A DNA stretch of 63,362 nucleotides, counting the filler, from Asterionella formosa (lineage: Eukaryota): NCBI GenBank assembly GCA_002256025.1. It is 25 parts of 25 records of this genome, joined end to end, with 100 filler letters (N's around TTAATTAATTAA, not from the genome) between each part and the next. Parts side by side here need not be neighbours in the genome. Positions count along the whole stretch, not along the records: positions 1 to 17,793 come from NKIB01004273.1; positions 17,894 to 19,001 come from NKIB01004280.1; positions 19,102 to 20,208 come from NKIB01004281.1; positions 20,309 to 21,415 come from NKIB01004282.1; positions 21,516 to 22,622 come from NKIB01004283.1; positions 22,723 to 23,829 come from NKIB01004284.1; 19 more parts are not named here. One strand, given 5' to 3'. Below are positions 12,809-23,740 of this stretch, one piece after another. Position numbers and translations under genes: made by a program. Numbering within the stretch: position 1 is the first letter of the stretch; each line of letters opens with the position of its first letter. The notes under the pieces are model-generated. The model searched no databases. It was not told the origin of the DNA and saw only the letters and a program-made list of their open reading frames with translations.

Positions 12809-14134
12809 ATGTGCCGCAAAGCAGCAGTCGATCAGAAAGAAGAGCAAGCGGCCGGAAAGGTTGCAACTATAGCAAGCACAAAACTCGAAAAGGGCGACGA
12901 ATGGCTAGCCACATTTGACTTCGAGGGCTTTCGTGCTGAAATTCAGGCGCTGGGCAAGAAGCTAGAAGCAGAGCAAGGCCCTGTGGATGTGTTGCATCTC
13001 AGCAAGATGGTCATGTGGAGCAATACTCTTGCTTTCATCGGTCTTGTCACAATGGGATTCGGTATCAACCCTGTCAGCATCATTGGCATTTCCACCTTCA
13101 CGTTTTCTCGTTGGACAATGATTGCGCACCACACATGTCATGGAGGATACGACAAGTGCCACCCAAACAAGGAACGCTGGTCTCGCTTCAAGTTCGGTCT
13201 GGGATCTCTTTGGAGACGTCTTGCTGATTGGTTCGATTGGATGATGCCTGAGGCATGGAATGTGGAACACAACAACCGTCATCACTACAACCTTTCAGAG
13301 GAGACTGATCCGGATTTGGTTGAAATGAATTTGGAACAGTTGAGAGGAGCCCCTATTCCTACTTTCTTCAAGTATTTGGTGGTTCTCGGTGCCATGTTGA
13401 CTTGGAAGTGGTTCTACTACGCGCCGAACACCTACAAGGAGCTCAAGTTGGCCAAATGGCGCCGGGAAGGCAGAGCCATTCCTGATGGTATCAAACCAGA
13501 AGATGCCGTCACGATCAAGACCTTCCTGATGGGAGGAACCCCCTTTTATAGTTTCTGGGAATTCTTTTCCATCGTTGTTGGCCCTTACTTTTTGATCCAT
13601 TTCTTCCTATTTCCGCTTCCATACTTGCTGGTGGGAGAGTATTTGGATGGCTTTGACGGGAAAACTATGTACTGGAATGCCGTCACTAACTTATTTCTTG
13701 CCGATCTCTTGACCAATGTTCACGGCTTTCTTGCTGTGGTCACCAACCACGCAGGTGACGATATGTACCGCTTTCGCAAGGCATGCCGCCCCTTCTCCGG
13801 GTCGTTTTATCTTCGTCAAGTCTTGGCCTCGGTCGACTATGATATGGGCACGGATTTGATCGATTTCTTGCATGGATTTCTCAACTACCAAATTGAACAC
13901 CACATGTGGCCCAACTTGAGCATGAAATCTTATCAAAAGTCTGCTCCTCTGGTTAAAGAGATTTGTGACAGGCATGGAGTGCCATATGTCAAGCAAAATG
14001 TATTTTTGCGGTTGAAGAAGACGGTAGACATAATGGTTGGAACGACAAACATGAAATGGTTCCCTGAAGCCTATGAGATATTGTACCTAGAGAAGGATGC
14101 CACAATTGAGGCTGAAAAGAAGAAGATTAAATAG
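12809..14134 (+). CDS. Membrane fatty acid desaturase (acyl-CoA/front-end-like, no cytochrome b5 fusion)
   Basis: Three His boxes: HHTCH, HNNRHH and QIEHH. Hydrophobic segments present; no HPGG motif; intact 441-aa ORF. Confidence 0.9.
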   Translation: MCRKAAVDQKEEQAAGKVATIASTKLEKGDEWLATFDFEGFRAEIQALGKKLEAEQGPVDVLHLSKMVMWSNTLAFIGLVTMGFGINPVSIIGISTFTFSRWTMIAHHTCHGGYDKCHPNKERWSRFKFGLGSLWRRLADWFDWMMPEAWNVEHNNRHHYNLSEETDPDLVEMNLEQLRGAPIPTFFKYLVVLGAMLTWKWFYYAPNTYKELKLAKWRREGRAIPDGIKPEDAVTIKTFLMGGTPFYSFWEFFSIVVGPYFLIHFFLFPLPYLLVGEYLDGFDGKTMYWNAVTNLFLADLLTNVHGFLAVVTNHAGDDMYRFRKACRPFSGSFYLRQVLASVDYDMGTDLIDFLHGFLNYQIEHHMWPNLSMKSYQKSAPLVKEICDRHGVPYVKQNVFLRLKKTVDIMVGTTNMKWFPEAYEILYLEKDATIEAEKKKIK

Positions 14135-14270
14135 AACCATACCATGCTATCACGAACTCATTAATGTTTAATAGAGCAAAACAACTTGCCACTGAAATAA
14201 TGTAATACTTTATAACGAGGAACGAATAAATGTCCACTAAATGATGGCGTAGGACTATTAATGATACCAA

Positions 14271-15302
14271 CTACCAGGGACAAGCGTAGTCGCTGGCGTC
14301 AGACTTGGCGCTGCCATGAGAGTTGGATCTGTTTCGTTCTCTCTTCCTGTTTGTCTTCTTTGATAATTCTGATACAAGTTTTGTTGGAATCCCCTGTTCG
14401 TCGTCATCATAAGGGAGAATATCGAGGTGAACAGGGGTTGACCTATCGTTTCCAAGTAAGTGTTGCACGCAAGGAGCAGCAAGATCGGTCGGAAGACGCT
14501 CGTCGACTGGAACATGTTTGTATTTCACCTCTTCTTCCTCATCGTCGTCACCTTCGGCTGCAAACACTATGGAGCACGTCGCCGATCGCTTCCAAATACT
14601 AATTGTGTCTCGCACATGTAGCCAGTTAGTGAGTGAGGCTTTCAACAAGCAGTGGTACTCGGACGCCAATCGATCTTGAAATGCTGGACTAGACGATCGC
14701 CCCCAAGGCGCTTGCTCTATCGATGTAGTATCACCAAACAGTTCACCCACATGAATCACATATTCTCCCTTGAAATGTTCCAAACAGGCTGCCCCCAGTG
14801 TTGGTTTGATCTCGCTTCCGTTGCCATCATATTCCTCTGGAGATAGGTCTTCATCTGCATAACACAAGAACAGCGACCGATCTTTGAAATTAGCCAAAAC
14901 ATCAGGTCCACCTTGTTTCACCGCGAATCCCCCGCCTCCCTTGTGTTGCTTGTTTATCTTTCCTCCTTCTTCGGGTTGTAAATCATAGCCAACAATATCA
15001 ATTCCTGCTGCCTTCATTGCCTTGCACCAATACGCATTGGCTCCACAACCAATTTCCACCAAAGGAGAAAAGTTTTGCAAGATGCGAATGGCCCGATCGT
15101 CTGGAGTCGCCCACGCATGTTGATTGACCAGAGATTCACCGAGATCTGCTTGGGCCATCCATATTTCCGCCCTCCGTTCCGGTCCGACTTTCGAGTTGCA
15201 GAAGAAATTGTCTCGTTCGACCTTAGAGAGGGTCGCCAAGAATGCCTGCTGTTGGTCTAAGAGCGGATTCCTTCTGGTTTTTGTGTTCTTTCCCGTTGTC
15301 AT
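14271..15302 (-). CDS. Conserved hypothetical protein with a class I SAM-dependent methyltransferase-like fold
   Basis: Motif I-like LVEIGCGANAYW followed by IVGYD. ATG at 15302 preferred because the ORF upstream of it translates the GGTACC tract. Confidence 0.65.
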   Translation of the reverse strand: MTTGKNTKTRRNPLLDQQQAFLATLSKVERDNFFCNSKVGPERRAEIWMAQADLGESLVNQHAWATPDDRAIRILQNFSPLVEIGCGANAYWCKAMKAAGIDIVGYDLQPEEGGKINKQHKGGGGFAVKQGGPDVLANFKDRSLFLCYADEDLSPEEYDGNGSEIKPTLGAACLEHFKGEYVIHVGELFGDTTSIEQAPWGRSSSPAFQDRLASEYHCLLKASLTNWLHVRDTISIWKRSATCSIVFAAEGDDDEEEEVKYKHVPVDERLPTDLAAPCVQHLLGNDRSTPVHLDILPYDDDEQGIPTKLVSELSKKTNRKRERNRSNSHGSAKSDASDYACPW

Positions 15303-15373
15303 GTTCTGATAAAATAGAATTGTTATGCTGCAATCATTGCACTTCTCCATAGGTCCATTTATAGATTTTGTAA

Positions 15374-15480
15374 GTACCCCTGGTACCGAATACCGGTAGT
15401 CTACCAATGGTACCCTGGTACCTGGTACCGGTCGAACCAGGTACCGGTACCGGTACCAGGTACCAGGTACCAGTACCGGC
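15374..15480. repeat. Palindromic GGTACC/ACCGGT/CCWGG tract upstream of the methyltransferase-like gene
   Basis: Dense array of GGTACC, ACCGGT, CCTGG and CCAGG with fold-back symmetry. Confidence 0.85.
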
Positions 15481-15567
15481 AATCCCCACCATATGTAGCT
15501 ATTGTCTTGTTTTTCGATGCCTGAGACTGTGGATCTCTAAAAAAAGGAATTTTTATATAGGGGGGGG

Positions 15568-15616
15568 NNNNNNNNNNNNNNNNNNNNNNNNNNNNNNNNN
15601 NNNNNNNNNNNNNNNN
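15568..15616. other. Scaffold gap (N-run without linker), flanked by G-run and C-run
   Basis: Ns lack the TTAATTAATTAA core; homopolymer flanks. Confidence 0.85.
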
Positions 15617-17793
15617 CCCCCCCCCACAGTGAGTTTTTCGGCATTCAAGCTATCATCATAGTCTGCAAACAAGTCGACATGAAAAAATATATAAACATGC
15701 GCATACCTGTCCTTGCTGGTACCTGGTAATAACTTCTTGTATTATGTAGAATTTAGTTGGTAATGTAGATATATTCATTCAATAGATTTGAATATTTATG
15801 AATGAGCCAACGGGATTGACTATTTATTATTTGTAAAAAATCTTTAGCCATTTATCAATATACAGGAACGAGTAAATACATGATTAAATGGCAAATGCAG
15901 ATACCGCGACACGACGTCAGTTTTGGACCCAACCGGCGCAATCAAAACCTTAAAATTCGAGCACCAGACAGACGGGATATTTTGACTCCAGTTTCGCATA
16001 TGCTTGCTTGTTTCGAAATATGATAAGAGCTAATGTAGAATACCAATACTAGTCATATTCCAGCTGCTTTACTGACTTCGAGATGCCTCATTGGATTGAT
16101 GACTTTCGTTGTCATTGTAGTTGATAATATAAAAGTAACCAAAGTTATATTGTGATTAGAAAACAATGTAACACTACCATTTTAGAGCAACAGACAAGCC
16201 AACAAATGAGCCCGCAGTAAAACTTGCTGCTGAGATCTGTATTGAGATAGTGTATACAACGTAGAAAATATACCAATGAAATAAAGCCAAAATTTAATGG
16301 CTGATCATTTCTGATGAAAATACCAAAATTTTGGCACCACTGGGGGGAGATTTAAGATGCAATGATTGACAAAGCAAGTAAGATGAAATGATATGAATCC
16401 CACCAGAAGTGGAACCATCATCCAACAACCAGTCACATCTATTTAACCATGAATCATTAATTGATTCATCAACGAACTTTATTAAGAATCTCATTCAGCT
16501 GTATAGCGCCTCAAGACTACTCTACTATGTTAGTACTAGGGGAGCCCGAGTAGCACTTCCTGCTGGTATGAACAGCCCGGGCAGAGTCAGAAAACGACTT
16601 CGCCCTCCGGAGATCATCCCAACATATGTGGTGACGTCCAGTGCTGAGACGCGGAGATGATTCATCAATGAACACAGTCTGTATGAGTCTAATCATGCAT
16701 GCTGCTGGACGATGCATGAGATAGCAGGGATGTATATAGTGGAATTTCCTTCAACAGCCACTTTACAGAAGATCGTCATTTTGTGCCTTCACACGGGGTT
16801 CATCATACTCTCTTCCAATTTCGGCTGTCCATAGAGGGGCTATAAACATCAGTATTCAAATTCCCTTAAGGTTGCGATCCCGGCTTAACCCTAGTTCGGA
16901 GAAAATATCGCTAGGGTTGTAAAAACGGCGTGGAACAGGGAGTTTCCTACTATGAATTCTCATGATTCGAGTGTCCATTTGAATATTTGAATTAAATAGG
17001 AATCGAGGCCAGATTGATAGAGTTCCATTTAAAATTAAAAAATGATATTTAAACGTTTATACTTTTTCTTCATTGATGAATGTAGACATAATTTTGCTCT
17101 ACGCCAAAACACATATATAAATTAGGAGTATGCCAACATGTATGCTCATGGCTCTTGTTTCTAAGTTGATAATGAATCTACGTTGCTGTTTGTAGTTTCA
17201 ATATCACTCCACGCACAAAGGTAGATACCGGTATGTAAATCAGTACCGGAGTCCCAGAGTACTAACGGTATTTCGGTACTAGGACTACCAGGTATCATGA
17301 TGAAGACAGGATGTACTATCGGTACTGATTTTACCAACCAGTATTCAGTACATCTAATACGTGTGGTTCAAGTGTGGCTGGCGAGATTTTACAAGACCGG
17401 GATACTTCAGCGAATCTACCGGTAGAGCAGGTGAATAAATTCAATTCAACCAATCAGAATATGTGTAGTGACGCGGGAACTTTCCCTGGAGTCTTTTCGG
17501 ACTTGGAATTATTCAGCGAAACATATCTACGCAAGGCTCCAAGTATACGAGATCGTTTTTGCACGAACAAATTCTGATTCCAATATTTTGGCGACTGTTG
17601 AAAAAGCCGATCGGATCTTTTTATGGAGGAGGATTGCTCTACATCTACGGGGTTTCATGAAGAATGAAATGTATAGCCGTGTACCCTATAACGTCAGGAT
17701 TTAACTTCTGCAGAGAAGTGGCAGATATCCCTCGTAGATTTTTTAAAAAGCTTGATGGCCCCCTTTTTGACTATTTTTTGGATAGTTACGATT

Positions 17794-17892
17794 NNNNNNN
17801 NNNNNNNNNNNNNNNNNNNNNNNNNNNNNNNNNNNNNTTAATTAATTAANNNNNNNNNNNNNNNNNNNNNNNNNNNNNNNNNNNNNNNNNNN
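17794..17892. other. Artificial contig linker (first of ~24 in the window)
   Basis: N-run + TTAATTAATTAA (stops in all six frames) + N-run, recurring about every 1.2 kb. Confidence 0.97.
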
Positions 17893-17964
17893 NATATATA
17901 TACAGAGTACCAGTAGCAGGTAGTAAGTGATATACTGGGGGTAGTCGGAGTAGTAAACTAGCAA

Positions 17965-18362
17965 CAGAACACCATATGTTCAGGACTGTTGCTACTGCAG
18001 TGGGACAGTAAATCATCATATTTTTAGGATCGTATGATCGTAAAAAACACCATATTTTTATGACTGTTGTAATTACATTGGGACAGTAAATTATCATAGT
18101 TTTAGGATCGTATGATCGTAAAACTAAAAACAAATAGAATACCATATGTTCATGACTGTTGCAATTACAGTGGGACAGTAAATCATCATAGTTTTAGGAT
18201 TGTATGATCGTGAAACTGAAAAGCGGTACCGGTAGTTGGAGTAATAAGCAAGCAATAGAACACCATAGTACTAAATCATCATAGTTTTAGGATTGTATAA
18301 ATAGAACACCATATACATATGTCTATGACTGCTGCTACTACAGCGGGGCAGTACCGGTAAAT
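17965..18362. repeat. Degenerate tandem repeat, ~80-90-bp unit, 4-5 copies
   Basis: Recurrent ACCATATGTTCA-GACTGTTG…GGGACAGTAAATCATCATA-TTTTAGGATCGTATGATCG. Confidence 0.85.
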
Positions 18363-18379
18363 GAATTTAAGATCATCGA

Positions 18380-18729
18380 ACTTTAAGGAAGACAACGACA
18401 ACAGCTGGTCGTGTTGCTGGTCCACTTTTAATGGCCGAAGAAGGAAGCGACGAAAAGATCACCATTACGAGCGGAACGAGAGAAATCGCTTACGACGCCA
18501 AGTCTGGACGATTCTTTGAGAATAACTTGCAGGAAGAAGAATGCATTCCTGACGAGGAATACTGTGTCGTCGATCCGGAAAGTGGGGAACTCATTCGTCT
18601 CACAGTAGCCGAAAAGGAGCGTATCTTTCTGGACGCGCTTCAGTCCTACTATGCCACTGGAAGGCAAATGCTCAAGGATGATGAGTTTGACCTATTGAAG
18701 GAAGATTTGCAATGGAACGGATCTGAGCA
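18380..18729 (+). pseudogene. PGRL1: Internal fragment of PGR5-like protein 1 (cyclic electron flow)
   Basis: EKERIFLDALQSYYATGRQMLKDDEFDLLKEDLQWNGS matches the PGRL1 core. In-frame stop at 18368 removes the signal peptide. Similarity ends at WNGSE with no GT donor. Confidence 0.75.
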
Positions 18730-19556
18730 TATATATAGCTAAAACAAGGAAAGACGACACGACAATTAACGTGATGACTGGTTGTTGAGGATACCGGTAT
18801 GTGATATGCATCAATCCATATCACAAATCATATTATAGTGATGTACATATCAACACATCCGTATACTTAGATCATATCCACTGTATAATACTATCATATT
18901 AACTGTTGACTTTAACTGTATATATTAAACGACAAACATATATATTAATTAACATACTTTATGATTGCTTGATTTATATTCTGTGATGTATCGATAACAC
19001 TNNNNNNNNNNNNNNNNNNNNNNNNNNNNNNNNNNNNNNNNNNNNTTAATTAATTAANNNNNNNNNNNNNNNNNNNNNNNNNNNNNNNNNNNNNNNNNNN
19101 NTCACACTTGTGCAGTCTTCCTCATTATGCTTATTTTTACTGTACAATGAATAAATACTTATAAATTAGTATATATTGTAATGCGAAACGATTCCCTTGA
19201 CATTTTGTTGTTTTGTGGGACGGCATTAATATTACGAAGCGACATGATGGATTCGGAATCTGGTACCAGGTACTACCAATTCAGACATGTGACATGTGAC
19301 ACATTTCCCCAGCAACGAGATGGCGTCTGTCGGTTGTGTGTCGCAAAGTTCAATTGTCATAGTCGTCGGATGCAATCATTCAAGTCACAACTTCGGTCAG
19401 TTTCTGGTACCTGGTACCGAAAGCTAAAAAGCATACTATCACAACGATCGACATATATAAAGATAAAATAACAGAATTAAATAAAAACCTGTCAATATAA
19501 TAGAATTAAATAAAAAGCTGTCAATACGGAGGAGTGTTAAAAAGGCCAGCTATCTC

Positions 19557-19641
19557 TTGCGGTAATTTTGCTGAAACTAAAAATTTAGCTATCTTTATCT
19601 TAGATTAAAATGTTAGTTTAAGCAAAATGACCGCAACTTGC
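19557..19641. mobile_element. Mini inverted-repeat element, copy 2
   Basis: TTGCGGTAATTTTGCT…AGCAAAATGACCGCAA; the interior aligns with 529-620. Confidence 0.55.
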
Positions 19642-20574
19642 CAGGTACCAGGGTTACCAATTATACATAGCAGCAGTCATATGATCAGCGTTCTGGAAAA
19701 ATTCCTTTTTAGGACTTACAGTGTGGGTGTGTTAATTAATTACAAATAGTAAGGTTAAAGTTTAGTACGGTGCACATGCATGTATATCACATTCTCCTGC
19801 ACGTGAAAGGAAAATATATTTTGAGTCTAGAAAAGTGTAATAGGGCATTGACACGAATTGTATAATTTTCATATCAATGAATGTCTACATGTTCCAGCAT
19901 TTAAAGCAATAATTAAAATCAGCAACATTGCATAGACAGTGCAGCAATGCGTTCGGTTTAAAATGACCAACGGTGGTGGAATCTTTTTTCTACTTATGAT
20001 GCACCTTCTTTATTGTTACATCATTCGGATTTCTGATGACCCTTCAGACGATTCATGTCAAAAGTAGGACGTTGAAAACAGTAATAATTATATTAAACGA
20101 GAAATAAAAAGTCGATTACTTGTTATCACGAGGTTTTATGATTGGTTAGCGTTTGCTTATTGTGCTCTCCCAGATCGCAGGTTTTACAGTGATAGTCTCG
20201 GAATCGTANNNNNNNNNNNNNNNNNNNNNNNNNNNNNNNNNNNNNNNNNNNNTTAATTAATTAANNNNNNNNNNNNNNNNNNNNNNNNNNNNNNNNNNNN
20301 NNNNNNNNTATCAAAGATGCGGACAAGTTCAATAGTTAATTCAAGTACAGTATGCCAAATGCAGAAACGAGCGAGCGATATGAAAATGAAATGCGTTCTA
20401 ATCAGAATCATTCTATAACTATAGCTATGTGGACAGTAGTCTGTTACGCACATTTTCGTATCTCCTTCTATGCTGAATCGAAATAGTAGATGTAATATCA
20501 TGTGAGAATTGAAAATTTCAACGAGAACAAGTACCGGTAGAATGTGTCTGTTTACGGGTTGATTGGCGAGATTG

Positions 20575-21415
20575 TCATGCTGAAGTGGACGAAACAGATA
20601 TACTTTGTGCGCAAAATCGGAAGTTGGTAGGGTTTATAATGTCGTTTATTTCTCCGTTCTGAATGATTGGACCATTAATAGCAGCAGCATCATGATATAC
20701 TAAACTATCAAGGAATAAACCATTATCATAGTCATCGGCATCAAAACAAACTGTTTGAACGAAATCAATGGCTGCTGGCGATTGTTTCAGGAATTTTGCA
20801 AGGAGGTCTTGAGAGTGGTGTCGTCCATCTCTTCGAGAAGTCGCTACCATTGATGATGTCTGCGATGCTTGAATCTGAGATTGAATCATATATTGTTGCC
20901 CACACAAGGGGCTGTGTCTGTGATGACCACAAATTGATTTAAAAGGACCTTTACCACAGAATTGACATTTGTCCTCGTCGTTATTGTCACACAGATCCAT
21001 GATATTTACTGTCGTTGCAGTGCTGTGTTGGCGAGAGAAAAATAAGAATAACCGCTAGCTAAAATAATGGACCCTGTTCGGCACATATTTGGCAAACAAT
21101 ACTACCTGGTACCATCCTCATCAGTAGACATAATTCCACCAGTGATGATTTTGAGTAATAATAATCACGTAAAAAAATTGGGTTGCCTACCAGCCACTGG
21201 CTAGTAGTACATTTACCTAGTACCGGTAATAACCTACATAACATGAAAACTGGGAAGAGGGAGCTTTCTTACCGGTAAGTGTGAGTTCTTCATGTGATGT
21301 GTACAACCGTAAAACTTTGATCTCAGATGGATGACATTAGACACCACAAATATCCTTACTATTTCATTAAGTAAAATGCGTGTTGTGAATGTATTAGCCT
21401 CAAGAGCAGGATCTT
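20575..21415 (-). mobile_element. Zinc-finger repeat family, copy 1 (ORF 20575-21000)
   Basis: Near-identical to three other contigs. ORF begins MDLCDNNDEDKCQFCGKGPFKSICGHHRHSPLC. Confidence 0.6.
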
Positions 21416-21515
21416 NNNNNNNNNNNNNNNNNNNNNNNNNNNNNNNNNNNNNNNNNNNNTTAATTAATTAANNNNNNNNNNNNNNNNNNNNNNNNNNNNN
21501 NNNNNNNNNNNNNNN

Positions 21516-22622
21516 CGACGCTCTCTCGCTCTGAGTGTGCACTTCAAACAGCCTTCGTTTGGAATGACAGACTATGAAATTCTCTCCAGAGCGTCGGCAT
21601 TTTTGGTGTGGATCGATCCGCCGGATCCAGGGAAGGACAAGAAAGGAAAATATTCGGACTTGGAACAGGCTATTAAAGAGCGAGAGAAAGTGCATCGGAT
21701 GCAAGAGCGCGGGAGTGAGCCGGCTGGGGGGCCTCGGCGAAATGCTCCAGAGTTGTCGTGGTTGGAGTTTTGTCCAAGCATATTTCGACCCAGAGTGCAC
21801 TGCTTTGCTAGTTCGCATGTACTGTCGCCTTGGTTATGGCCCAAATACTATAACCATGAATGGTTGAAGGAAGTCAAACAAGAGCACTGCATTTACTCCT
21901 TGGAAGTGTATGACGACGAGGAGAACTCGTTGGCCAAGGTGGCCCTTTCTCCGTATGTCATTCATCATCCGAACGAACTCGATCTCGGCATGATTCACTT
22001 GAAAAATGAACAAGAGACACTCAATCTGCTAGAAAAACTTGATGTTCAAATATTTCACATGCGAGACGACGAGATTCTCTTTCAAAAGGATGAGGTGGTG
22101 CACTTTGATGGCTTTTGGATTACTGAAACGGACGAAACGAAAACCGAAAAAGAGAACGATCAGGATACTCGAATCTTTCACCATTTTGAGGAGGCAGGGA
22201 ACCTCATATTTGCATCCACAGAAAGAATCCTTGCCTCGACACAACGCCCTCTGCCGGAAGGAATGTGTGGAGGCCCGGCGATCGACAAGTCTGGAACCAT
22301 TGCTGGTATTGTGGAAGGAATTGTTCCTGTCAATCACACAGACAAAAAAATGGCTGGAGCAGCCAGCATGATACCGTCGCCGCGTATCAAAGAGTTCATT
22401 GACTATGCGGAGCGCATCATGCTACAGCAAATTGTACCATCTGATGTGTTCGAACAAGTGGTTACGATAAAATCAGGCAAGGACATTGGGCACGACAAGA
22501 ATGAGTTAAATGTTGAGGAATTTGATATACAAGACAATATCAATGATGTTATGGAACAGATGAAAAAAAAGTACTCCACAGAGGAAGTTGAAGCAATTAA
22601 AAAAACCGTTGAACGAGAAAAG
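21516..22622 (+). CDS. Trypsin/chymotrypsin-fold (PA clan) protein with Cys nucleophile motif, partial
   Basis: ASSHVL (His), ELDLGMI (Asp) and PEGMCGGPAIDKSGTIAGIV in place of GxSGGP. Open across the whole contig. Confidence 0.65.
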
Positions 22623-22722
22623 NNNNNNNNNNNNNNNNNNNNNNNNNNNNNNNNNNNNNNNNNNNNTTAATTAATTAANNNNNNNNNNNNNNNNNNNNNN
22701 NNNNNNNNNNNNNNNNNNNNNN

Positions 22723-23740
22723 AACCTTGCAGGTGTTGCAGTCCATGAAGGAGAATGCTTCATCCAGCACCCCAATTTCGGTCAAATGTCGGATAGGGGT
22801 CGATGAGTATGATGATTTGGACTACGCAGCACATGTCATTCGAACGTTATCGCCTGTCTGTCAAAGGTTCGTCCTGCATGCTAGAAAGTGTGTTTTGGGT
22901 GGATTGTTGTCCCCAACACAGAATCGAATTGTTCCACCACTGAACTATCCTCGTGTTTATGTACTTTGTCAAATGTTTCCTGAATGTGACTTCTGGATCA
23001 ATGGGGGAATTCCTGGATTAAAGGCTGCCAAACTACTTGTCTATGGAAGTGAGGAAAGTGAAAATGACAACCACACTGACAACCAGCATGCTGTCCCTTG
23101 TTGTCTATGCCACACTTCCAATGGATCGTGCATTGCTCCACCAAGAACTGTACCTCCCAATTTACATGGATGTATGTTAGGACGGGCTGCCATGGATCAT
23201 CCGTCCATGTTTTGGGATGTGGATCGATACTTTTATGGGGAATCATGTAATCCATGTCAGAATCGACGAGAAGTCTTGATTCAATATTGTATCTATTTAG
23301 AACGAACTTACCCTCGCAGATGTTGTGACAATGATGAACGCTGTACCACCAGAATACCAGTTCCTGATGTTGATGTGAGGGATCAAGAGTATTGTACTAT
23401 TTGTAAAAGTATGTATTTAGGAGATGAAATGAGGGAAAGTTCTGCTGTGATACTGGACACAACATCAATCACTACAAAGCCAAAGATCTCATCACGCATC
23501 ATTGATCGTGCCCTAAAACCGGTGCATGGCATGTTTTTTGGATTACCAAAGAATAGGTCCTTTCGGCGTGCTTGTGATGAATTGAGTCGAAATATTGCAC
23601 TCCGGAATTGTGGACCAGGATTCATTTTAAGAAAGGCCATGTTGACAATGCCAGCCAAGATTTTGGATCAAGACTTTGTCAGGACTGAAGATTTAGTTGA
23701 TGGGGATATTCAAGTCCATACAGCACCAAGACACAACTAA
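22723..23740 (+). CDS. dusA: tRNA-dihydrouridine synthase, DusA type, C-terminal part
   Basis: SVKCRIGVD, LHARK, LSPTQNRIVPPLNY, INGGI and GCMLGRAA motifs, with Cys-rich insertions. 5' end truncated by the contig edge. Confidence 0.85.

Noticed and set aside
15303..15482. N-terminal ORF extensions rich in VPGTWY/YQVPGT (also 2256-2522, 25638-25835, 45698-45913)
   Set aside because: Translation artefacts of the GGTACC-rich tracts, which contain few stop codons.
17838..17849. Regularly recurring TTAATTAATTAA as a biological repeat or CRISPR-like array
   Set aside because: Always embedded in N-runs; it is a six-frame stop linker.
17965..18362. CRISPR array
   Set aside because: Whole units are repeated with no unique spacers, there are no cas genes, and the context is eukaryotic. 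The same applies to 39625-40330 and 56335-56842.
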